Positions 16,210-22,348 of a stretch of DNA of 42,239 nt are shown piece by piece. This DNA is from a virus: positions 1 through 42,239 of IMG/VR virus record IMGVR_UViG_3300017698_000025; one strand, 5' to 3'. The notes under the pieces are model-generated. The model was given only the letters and a program-made list of their open reading frames with translations. It searched no databases and was not told the DNA's origin. The translations under genes were made by a program, and so were the position numbers. Positions within the stretch are counted from its first letter, which is position 1; every line of letters starts with the position of its first letter.

Positions 16210-16388
16210 TTCGACACCCCGGCGCATTTCTTGAAAACCTCGGTTGCGTATGTGAGCGACAGCAGCTGATCAGACCACATACGGGCGGTGTCGTCCAACC
16301 CGCGTGCTCTTGCATGCTCCTCGTGCGCCGTACATCGTGCGCGCTCTTGCATGAGCCGTTCGATTGTCTGCTGTACTGGGTCGCTCAT
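16206..16388 (-). CDS. Hypothetical protein
   Basis: 60 aa starting MSDPVQQ. ATGA overlap upstream. Confidence 0.55.
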   Translation of the reverse strand: MSDPVQQTIERLMQERARCTAHEEHARARGLDDTARMWSDQLLSLTYATEVFKKCAGVSK

Positions 16389-16666
16389 AACTGTGCCTCT
16401 CGGATGCGGGTGAGGAGGGCGCGGGCGGATTTGGCGTCCGGGTTCCCTCGTTCGGTTCCCTCGACGAATTGCAGAAGTTCCTCGACAGCCTCCACCAGCT
16501 CCGGGAACTCGTTCCAGCACAGGACGAAGCGGGCGGCGTTGGCCTCCTGTTCAGCGGGGGAGAAATGCGCTCCTCCGTTCCTCGTCGAGGCCACAACAGC
16601 ATCGCCGAGCCAGATCCAACAGCCCTCTGCTCGCATCTTCCCTTCCGTGTGCTTCACGTCGCTCAT
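16385..16666 (-). CDS. Hypothetical protein (common phage family with an EANA..F....PELVEA motif)
   Basis: 93 aa. HTEGKM...AEQEANAARFVLCWNEFPELVEAVEELL resembles a widespread phage small-protein family of unknown function. Confidence 0.6.
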   Translation of the reverse strand: MSDVKHTEGKMRAEGCWIWLGDAVVASTRNGGAHFSPAEQEANAARFVLCWNEFPELVEAVEELLQFVEGTERGNPDAKSARALLTRIREAQL

Positions 16667-16989
16667 CCTTCATCTCCCACAATCAGACCCTCAAGATACG
16701 CTGCATCAGACACAGCGCGGGCGAAGTCAGGGTCGTTTCCGATGATGCCACGGTAGAGGTAGAACATCTTCTGCGCCGCGCTGGAGGCAGCGGGGCTCCA
16801 TGTTTCGAAGCCGAGGTCGTCGGGGAAGATCTCTAGGATCTTCCACTCAAACTCGTCGTCTGAGAGCCATGCTTGTACAGTTACCGTACAGTCCTGATCG
16901 ATCCAGCGTGACAGGTCCCGGATGTGCCAGCGGATACCCATCGAGGGGCGGATTTCATTGTGGCCGGGTTCGCGGGGATCTCGGGTCAT
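16663..16989 (-). CDS. Hypothetical protein
   Basis: 108 aa. ATGA overlaps on both sides. Confidence 0.6.
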   Translation of the reverse strand: MTRDPREPGHNEIRPSMGIRWHIRDLSRWIDQDCTVTVQAWLSDDEFEWKILEIFPDDLGFETWSPAASSAAQKMFYLYRGIIGNDPDFARAVSDAAYLEGLIVGDEG

Positions 16990-17258
16990 CCCCCCAGCTC
17001 CGCAAGGCGGTCAGCAAGGGCGGAGAAGGTGCGTGGGAGACTCTGTACGCAGAGAGAGAGAGCATCCGAGATCCAGAACGTGTCGGTATCTACAGTGGCA
17101 AAATCGCCTCCGACCAACACGTCCGAACTAGGATGTGTACCCGTAAGGAACTGCGCCAGCGCGCAGCTAAGGTTGCTGGAATATCGGTATTCCTCTCCCT
17201 CCGGCTTGCTCCGGCAGAAGCCTTCGAACTCGCGGATGTCGATCTGGTGGGTGGTCAT
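16986..17258 (-). CDS. Hypothetical protein
   Basis: 90 aa. ATGA overlaps on both sides. Confidence 0.6.
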   Translation of the reverse strand: MTTHQIDIREFEGFCRSKPEGEEYRYSSNLSCALAQFLTGTHPSSDVLVGGDFATVDTDTFWISDALSLCVQSLPRTFSALADRLAELGG

Positions 17259-17434
17259 CGGGTGGACTCCTCATCCTGCACGGGTTCCGTAAGGACGGAG
17301 GCGCCGTTGCGCATGGCCCAGAAAGCGTGCTTGCCGAGCCACTGCCGATCCTCAGGAATATTGTGGTCGATGTAGCGAACCTGCTGCTCATTGCTCGCAA
17401 GGTCGGTCGTCGTAACCTTAACCTGGGTGGTCAT
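17255..17434 (-). CDS. Hypothetical protein (59 aa, absent from the ORF track)
   Basis: My own translation is MTTQVKVTTTDLASNEQQVRYIDHNIPEDRQWLGKHAFWAMRNGASVLTEPVQDEESTR. GGGAGAG RBS. Starts 1 nt after the upstream stop, and its stop overlaps the next ATG. Confidence 0.55.
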   Translation of the reverse strand: MTTQVKVTTTDLASNEQQVRYIDHNIPEDRQWLGKHAFWAMRNGASVLTEPVQDEESTR

Positions 17435-17435
17435 C

Positions 17436-17657
17436 TCACTCTCCCTTCAGGCCATAGAGGTACGCATTCTTGCGATACAGGGCCGTCGCCTCGGAGGCTG
17501 CCTTTTCGGGGGTCTCTCCCCACCCGCAGTTGACGTTGCACACGCCACCATCCGCCGCGTCAGCCCATGCCCGAGCGAAGTACCTGGCGACCCCATCGTC
17601 GCCATTCGGGTAACGCTCGCAGCTCGTCCGCGCTACGTATTCGCTCATCGTGTTCAT
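17436..17657 (-). CDS. Hypothetical protein (first gene of the leftward small-ORF operon)
   Basis: 73 aa. GAAGGGGA RBS. About 35 nt downstream of the promoter/operator at 17695-17730. Confidence 0.6.
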   Translation of the reverse strand: MNTMSEYVARTSCERYPNGDDGVARYFARAWADAADGGVCNVNCGWGETPEKAASEATALYRKNAYLYGLKGE

Positions 17658-17694
17658 CTCAGGTCCCCTTCTTTCGGCCTGCTTCCGTCTCTAT

Positions 17695-17730
17695 GTCCCC
17701 AATATACGGACGTGCACGCACCCCTGTCAA
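17695..17730 (-). promoter_or_regulatory. Leftward sigma70-like promoter with a 17-bp palindromic operator over the -10 (small-ORF operon)
   Basis: The minus strand reads TTGACA(17730-17725)-N18-TATATT(17706-17701). Operator GTCCGTATATTGGGGAC (17711-17695) is identical to the one at 5994-6010. Confidence 0.7.
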
Positions 17731-17811
17731 CGCCTTTTTAAATCGCCGCGCATTTTTTTCGAGCGCTCCAGGCTGCGTGCACACACGGCTTCCACCCCGA
17801 ACCGGTGGCGG

Positions 17812-17853
17812 AGTTCATTTTTCAGACATCAGAATTCATTTTTAAAACATCAC
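17812..17853. repeat. Tandem AT-rich 21-mer direct repeat (2 copies)
   Basis: agttcatttttcagacatcag followed by aattcatttttaaaacatcac; 17 of 21 positions identical. Confidence 0.8.
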
Positions 17854-18047
17854 GTCTCGGCAACCCCAGATTTTATTCCGCAGCGATGTCACAACCGTGC
17901 TGCACCCTCCATGATTTTAATCATGCCCAATTACAACCATTCCGGGCTAAATATGTGTGTTCAAAATGTGGCGAAACGCTCGGAAACGGCATCAAACCAC
18001 CGTAATATGCGCACACAGTGCCGTTTATCAAACCACGAGGCCAGATT

Positions 18048-18427
18048 TGTCCCAAAAATATGTAGTGAAACAAATGGCTTAGCCGAATGTTTCACGTTTC
18101 GTCCCGGCTGGGACAGAAAATTCCGCGCGGTTGTCCCGGAATAGATTAGCGAATTCAACGGGTTATGTGCTTGGGACGAAAACACAGTGGTAAAACCTCC
18201 AGATATATACCCACTGTGTGTGCATACACACGACGTGCATACGCGCGCGTACACCCACACGGGGCGTTTTTGCGTGGTTATTTCGTCCCACAGTAGTAGT
18301 ATCAGAAAAAAGATATATGAATGAATGACTTAGGGGTGGGACAAAAATGGGCCACCGCTGGGACAAGGTCGATCCCGCCACATTTCAGCGGAAATCCTTC
18401 AATGAAATCAGACGGGTCAATGGGACA
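18048..18427. repeat. Iteron-like array: 9 copies of (T/C)GGGAC(A/G), usually followed by an A-run; candidate origin or regulator-binding array
   Basis: Plus orientation at 18109, 18172, 18337, 18359 and 18421. Minus orientation at 18048, 18100, 18132 and 18284. Non-coding, AT-richer context. Confidence 0.75.
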
Positions 18428-18532
18428 GGTTGGTTTTTTCGCAGGATTGTGGCGCCCGGCAGAAATTTTCTGTTGCGGTAGGGTCCTAGGTGTGTGATCT
18501 TGACTGCGCAACCAACCAACGGAGTGAGTGGA

Positions 18533-18745
18533 ATGTTTGAAATTGAAGACAAGCCTGTGGATGAGAACGCGCAGCGTGGGAAATACCCGTTTTGTGATAT
18601 GGCTGCCGGGCAGTCGTTCACGATCCCCGCTGAGATTGCCGCGAAAGTCTCCAACGCGGCAGTCAGCTACGGCAAAACCCACGGCATGAAATTTTCCACC
18701 CGCAGACAGGTCGACGGGACCTACCGCTGCGGCCGCGTCGCCTGA
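18533..18745 (+). CDS. Hypothetical protein
   Basis: 70 aa starting MFEIEDKP. GGAGTGAG RBS. First gene to the right of the non-coding region. Confidence 0.65.
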   Translation: MFEIEDKPVDENAQRGKYPFCDMAAGQSFTIPAEIAAKVSNAAVSYGKTHGMKFSTRRQVDGTYRCGRVA

Positions 18746-19089
18746 TGCCGCTCGGGAAAAACTCATACGGCCAGGGCCAGAAACCCGTCTACGCGTGGTG
18801 CGGAACATTCGGGCGGCTGAACATCCTCGGGAAATCCGAGGCGGAGTTACAGGCGCTCCGTTCCGGCCTCCCCGACCGATGGCGCACACACACGCTCGAA
18901 ACCGAGACCGGCAAGACGTACCCGATGCCCTGGGCAGATCTGCTGCCGCTGGATTACTTCGTCGCGCAAGAAAAGCGCAGGACGGAACGCCATCTGCGCA
19001 ACTACGGAAACCGTATAGCTCGGGGCACGTCAGTCAAATTTGCGTACAGAACAACGGAGGATGGCGTTTATGTCTACCGAGTGGAGTGA
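18745..19089 (+). CDS. Hypothetical protein (C-terminal module paralogous to 18533..18745)
   Basis: 114 aa. TGATG overlap. Its C-terminus NYGNRIARGTSVKFAYRTTEDGVYVYRVE resembles SYGKTHGMKFSTRRQVDGTYRCGRVA in the preceding gene. Confidence 0.65.
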   Translation: MPLGKNSYGQGQKPVYAWCGTFGRLNILGKSEAELQALRSGLPDRWRTHTLETETGKTYPMPWADLLPLDYFVAQEKRRTERHLRNYGNRIARGTSVKFAYRTTEDGVYVYRVE

Positions 19090-19095
19090 GGAACG

Positions 19096-19254
19096 ATGAA
19101 CACATTTGCAATCTTCTTTTGTGCGGCAACGGCATTCATATGCTTTCTTTTGCTGCCTGACGGTGTTACTTGGGAGGAAATCAGAATACCATTTATAATG
19201 GGCGTTAATTCAATGGCAGCCATGGCTATAATCGTCCGCAACCTAACCTCTTGA
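19096..19254 (+). CDS. 52-aa two-TM membrane protein in a low-GC patch (absent from the ORF track)
   Basis: My own translation is MNTFAIFFCAATAFICFLLLPDGVTWEEIRIPFIMGVNSMAAMAIIVRNLTS. GAGG RBS 5 nt upstream. Clearly AT-richer than the neighbours. Confidence 0.5.
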   Translation: MNTFAIFFCAATAFICFLLLPDGVTWEEIRIPFIMGVNSMAAMAIIVRNLTS

Positions 19255-19301
19255 CGCCAGATCCAATCCATGCCTACATTCCGGCCAAGAAGGGAAAACC
19301 G

Positions 19302-19475
19302 ATGGATGTCGACCTGAACGCTGACCTGCGCCTCGAATGCCTGCGACTGGCGAGGGGAGACCTAAACGCTGCGGCGCGGCTCGAACGGTGGGTCAAGACC
19401 GGCGATGCGAGCGAGCCGGAATTCGAGGATTCCGATGATTTCACTGATTTCGTCAGGCAGGCAACCGTGATATGA
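19302..19475 (+). CDS. Hypothetical acidic protein
   Basis: 57 aa starting MDVDLNADL, with AAGGGA upstream. The ORF-track version begins at an upstream TTG codon. Confidence 0.5.
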   Translation: MDVDLNADLRLECLRLARGDLNAAARLERWVKTGDASEPEFEDSDDFTDFVRQATVI

Positions 19476-19735
19476 CCGACCTGACCCGCAACCTGGAAAT
19501 CGCGGACACGTTCGCCGAACGCTTCGGCAGGCAATCCTGCCGCGTCGAGAAAATCGATGGCTCATCCATGCCTGACGCCGTCATGGTCGCATATCACGAC
19601 GCCATCACAGGACTCGGCATGACCATCTGGGTGTTCGGAAAGCAGCAGTTCAAGGGGTTCGTCGAGCAGACCGGCCACGACTTGTGCTACGGAAACGTGG
19701 CCGAGCGGTTTGCGCAGTTCTGTGAGGTGGATTGA
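19472..19735 (+). CDS. Hypothetical protein
   Basis: 87 aa. ATGA overlap upstream and TGATG overlap downstream. Confidence 0.6.
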   Translation: MTDLTRNLEIADTFAERFGRQSCRVEKIDGSSMPDAVMVAYHDAITGLGMTIWVFGKQQFKGFVEQTGHDLCYGNVAERFAQFCEVD

Positions 19736-20127
19736 TGGCAGGCCGTCCATCCACATACACCGAGAAGCTGTCGGACGAGATCTGCGGACGCATCACGAAC
19801 GGCGAAAGCCTCAGCGCTATCTGTCGTGAGCCGGCGATGCCGGCGCCGTCTTCGGTGTTCAAGTGGTTGCGAGAGCATCCTTCATTCTCGGAGAGATACG
19901 CGATTGCTCGCCAAGAGCAGGCCGACACCTTGGCCGATCAGATCACTGCAATCGCAGACGATCTCACAGGAGACCCGGCACGCGACAGGCTTCGCATCGA
20001 CGCCCGCAAATGGATCGCCTCGAAGCTTAAGCCGAAAGCTTACGGCGACAAGGTCGATATGACACACAGCGGCGGAGATACTCCGATCCAGCACGAGATC
20101 GAAGTTCGTATCGTGAAGGCGACGTGA
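19735..20127 (+). CDS. terS: Terminase small subunit (HTH-type)
   Basis: MAGRPSTYTEKLSDEICGRITNGESLSAICREPAMPAPSSVFKWLREHPSFSERYAIARQEQADTLADQI...RIDARKWIASKLKPKAYGDK matches the widespread GRPskYt...ic..i..G.sl..ic......P....v..Wl......f...Ya.Are small-terminase pattern. Confidence 0.8.
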   Translation: MAGRPSTYTEKLSDEICGRITNGESLSAICREPAMPAPSSVFKWLREHPSFSERYAIARQEQADTLADQITAIADDLTGDPARDRLRIDARKWIASKLKPKAYGDKVDMTHSGGDTPIQHEIEVRIVKAT

Positions 20128-20291
20128 TGCCCGGACCCCTCGCCTTCATCCTCACGATCGTCATTGGCATCGCGGTCCTTCTAGCTGCCGTCTGGTTAGG
20201 CCTGTGGCTGCTGCGGCTGGTGTTTCATCTGGCGCTTCTGGCCGTCGTGACCATCTTGTTCCTGCTGGTGGGCGGCCGAACCGAGGCTTGA
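20127..20291 (+). CDS. 54-aa two-TM membrane protein (absent from the ORF track)
   Basis: My own translation is MPGPLAFILTIVIGIAVLLAAVWLGLWLLRLVFHLALLAVVTILFLLVGGRTEA. TGATG overlap with the terS stop. Confidence 0.5.
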   Translation: MPGPLAFILTIVIGIAVLLAAVWLGLWLLRLVFHLALLAVVTILFLLVGGRTEA

Positions 20292-20300
20292 AAATAGGTG

Positions 20301-20335
20301 TTGACACCCATGCGATGTGTCCATATATTAAGGAC
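20301..20335 (+). promoter_or_regulatory. Rightward consensus sigma70 promoter with a 17-bp palindromic operator over the -10 (packaging, structural and lysis operon)
   Basis: TTGACA(20301-20306)-N17-TATATT(20324-20329). Operator GTCCATATATTAAGGAC at 20319-20335. Confidence 0.75.
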
Positions 20336-20354
20336 ATCAGCAAGGGAGATCGAC

Positions 20355-20510
20355 ATGAACATTGGTTCGAACGTCAAGGTCACGGGTCGTCAGAACACTT
20401 TCGAGGTGGTGCGCCTGTACGAGATTGCCGGGATCCCCTCGGCTAAGATCGTCGATTGGAAGAATAAGCTATGCTTGTGCCATCGGGTGGAGGACCTTCG
20501 CGTCATCTAA
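20355..20510 (+). CDS. Hypothetical small protein
   Basis: 51 aa starting MNIGSNVKV. GGGAGA RBS. First ORF after the promoter. Overlaps the annotated terL start by 40 nt. Confidence 0.5.
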   Translation: MNIGSNVKVTGRQNTFEVVRLYEIAGIPSAKIVDWKNKLCLCHRVEDLRVI

Positions 20511-21853
20511 AAACCATCTCCCTCGCCGTTCCTGAAAAGCTGGAGCCGCTGCTCTACCCGAAGCGCTACAAGGGCGCCTACGGTGGACGCGGCGGCGCCA
20601 AGTCGCACTTCTTCGCCGAGCAGATCGTCATCCGGTGCTTCCAGCGCAAAACGCGCGTGGTGTGCATCCGTGAGGTTCAGAACAGCCTCAAGGAATCGTC
20701 GCGCCAGCTGATCATCGACAAGATCTTCAAGCTCGGGCTTGAGGATCAGTTCGAGATCCTGGAAGCCGAGATCAGGTGCCGAGCCAACGGCTCTCTGATC
20801 ATCTTCAAGGGGATGCAGTCCTACAACGCGGCGAATATCAAGTCGCTTGAGGGCTTCGATATCGCGTGGGTGGAAGAGGCCCAGACGATGTCGCGCACGT
20901 CGCTCATGATGCTGCGCCCAACCATCCGCAAACCCGGCAGTGAGCTGTGGTTCTCGTGGAACCCGCGTTACAAGACCGACCCTGTCGATGAGTTCTTCCG
21001 CAAGTCTCCCTCGCCAGAAGCCATATCCATCGCCATCAACTGGCGCGACAACCCGTGGTTCCCGGACGAACTGCGCCAGGACATGGAGCACGACTTCACG
21101 ACCGACCCAGACACCGCCGAGCACGTATGGGAGGGCGCCTATGGTGCGTCCGAGGGCGCCATCCTCGCGAAGTGGATCAACCGGGCCGAGCGTGATGGCC
21201 GCATCAGCGACGACATCGAGTTCGACCCGTTCGGCGCCCCCGTCGAGATCAGCGCTGACATCGGGTTCCGGGATACCGCGTCGTGGTGGTTCTGGCAGCC
21301 TCGCATCAACGGGTTCGCAGTGCTGCGCAACCGTCGCGATCGCGGCATGGACGCCGAGGATTGGGTCAAGGAGATCGAGGCCGAGTTGAGGCGCATGGGC
21401 GTGCGGCCGGAAAAGCTGGGGCGGATCTGGTTGCCGCAGGACGCCAAGGCGAAGACGTTCGGGACGAAGCACACGAGTGTGGAGCGGTTCATAGCGAAGT
21501 TTGGGCACGCTAAGGTGCGCATCGTGCCACCGTCCCGTAAGGCGGACCAGATCAGCGCGGCGCGCGCGATGGTGCCCCTCTGCCGGTTCGCCAAGACGGC
21601 ATGTGACGAGGGGCTGGACGGCCTGCGCGCATGGGAGTTCGAATACGACGATGAGAACGACGTGTTCAGCCGTGAGCCGAAGCACAATTGGGCCTCGCAC
21701 GACGGCGACGGGTTCGCCTACGGGTGTCAGGTGCTGAGACAACGTGAATTGACGATTGCCGAAGAGCCTGACAGAATGCTGGCTGTTGGTCCGCTGAACA
21801 CGGTGACGTTGAACGACCTGTGGGATGCGCAGAAAGTGAGGAAGCGGAGATGA
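20471..21853 (+). CDS. terL: Terminase large subunit (PBSX / Terminase_3-like)
   Basis: 460 aa. Walker-A-like RYKGAYGGRGGAKS, Walker B/coupling GFDIAWVEEAQ, and nuclease-half motifs (WLPQDA, ASHDGDGFAY). The exact start is uncertain. Confidence 0.9.
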   Translation: MLVPSGGGPSRHLKTISLAVPEKLEPLLYPKRYKGAYGGRGGAKSHFFAEQIVIRCFQRKTRVVCIREVQNSLKESSRQLIIDKIFKLGLEDQFEILEAEIRCRANGSLIIFKGMQSYNAANIKSLEGFDIAWVEEAQTMSRTSLMMLRPTIRKPGSELWFSWNPRYKTDPVDEFFRKSPSPEAISIAINWRDNPWFPDELRQDMEHDFTTDPDTAEHVWEGAYGASEGAILAKWINRAERDGRISDDIEFDPFGAPVEISADIGFRDTASWWFWQPRINGFAVLRNRRDRGMDAEDWVKEIEAELRRMGVRPEKLGRIWLPQDAKAKTFGTKHTSVERFIAKFGHAKVRIVPPSRKADQISAARAMVPLCRFAKTACDEGLDGLRAWEFEYDDENDVFSREPKHNWASHDGDGFAYGCQVLRQRELTIAEEPDRMLAVGPLNTVTLNDLWDAQKVRKRR

Positions 21854-22167
21854 GCGAAGCACAGAGGTTGGCTCAGCAGGTCATCGGCCTGCTGAAGAAC
21901 AATATTGAAGGTTGGGCGGTGTTCGGGAGGCTGCCAGACGGTGGAGCATGGGTCCTGAAGCACAAAAGCGGGCTGAGCCTTGAGGAATGCAGCACCCATG
22001 ACGGCTACCGCACGCACATCGTTGAGTTGAACGGGGCACGTGCAGTCCTTCCCCGCGAGAGTTGGAGGGAGATTCACCCCCTAATCGAAGCAGCACGTGA
22101 TGACGACAACGAGGTGGAGGCGCAGTGCCTGCTACAGGCGCTTGAGAAAGCCGTTGCCGATGAATAA
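21850..22167 (+). CDS. Hypothetical protein
   Basis: 105 aa starting MSEAQRLAQQ. ATGA overlap with the terL stop. Confidence 0.6.
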   Translation: MSEAQRLAQQVIGLLKNNIEGWAVFGRLPDGGAWVLKHKSGLSLEECSTHDGYRTHIVELNGARAVLPRESWREIHPLIEAARDDDNEVEAQCLLQALEKAVADE

Positions 22168-22348
22168 CCGCATCGGCAACGAAGTCATCGCCCTGCTGCG
22201 CGGCAGCATCAAGCCCTATCCGAACGGCGCCGACGCCCGCGCCCTGCTGCGAGCCGGGTTCGACACGGGTGACATGGTGAGCCTGTTCTGGCCGTTCCGG
22301 CATGAGGCGGACGTGTGGAACGTGCTGCCGAGCGACAGGAGCCGGTGA
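22160..22348 (+). CDS. Hypothetical protein
   Basis: 62 aa starting MNNRIGNEV. 8-nt overlap upstream. Confidence 0.5.
   Translation: MNNRIGNEVIALLRGSIKPYPNGADARALLRAGFDTGDMVSLFWPFRHEADVWNVLPSDRSR

Noticed and set aside
17988-18020. dif/XerC-arm-like sequence; the reverse complement reads TGTGCGCATAT.
   Set aside because: Only the XerC-side arm resembles the E. coli dif left arm GGTGCGCATAA. The spacer and XerD arm do not match. Similarity is too weak to propose Xer-mediated integration.
17650-18381. ORFs inside the large intergenic region: 17650-18144 (+), 17805-18005 (+), 17961-18260 (-), 18163-18381 (-).
   Set aside because: Odd composition (Cys/His/Phe/Arg-rich) and no RBS. The first overlaps the start of a minus-strand gene and its promoter. 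The region is packed with repeats and palindromes, so I treat it as non-coding. A small regulator gene here cannot be fully excluded.
20507-21862. 451-aa ORF on the minus strand covering the entire terL gene. Similar long antisense ORFs: 35405-37222 (605 aa), 29580-30752 (390 aa), 31947-33056 (369 aa), 8570-9595 (341 aa), 9837-10793 and 39305-40279.
   Set aside because: Their translations are Arg/Pro/Gly/His-rich and low in Lys, Ile, Asn and Phe, which is the usual stop-free antisense frame of GC-rich coding DNA. The sense strand carries strong family motifs (terminase, capsid, primase and others). None has a coupled start or an RBS.
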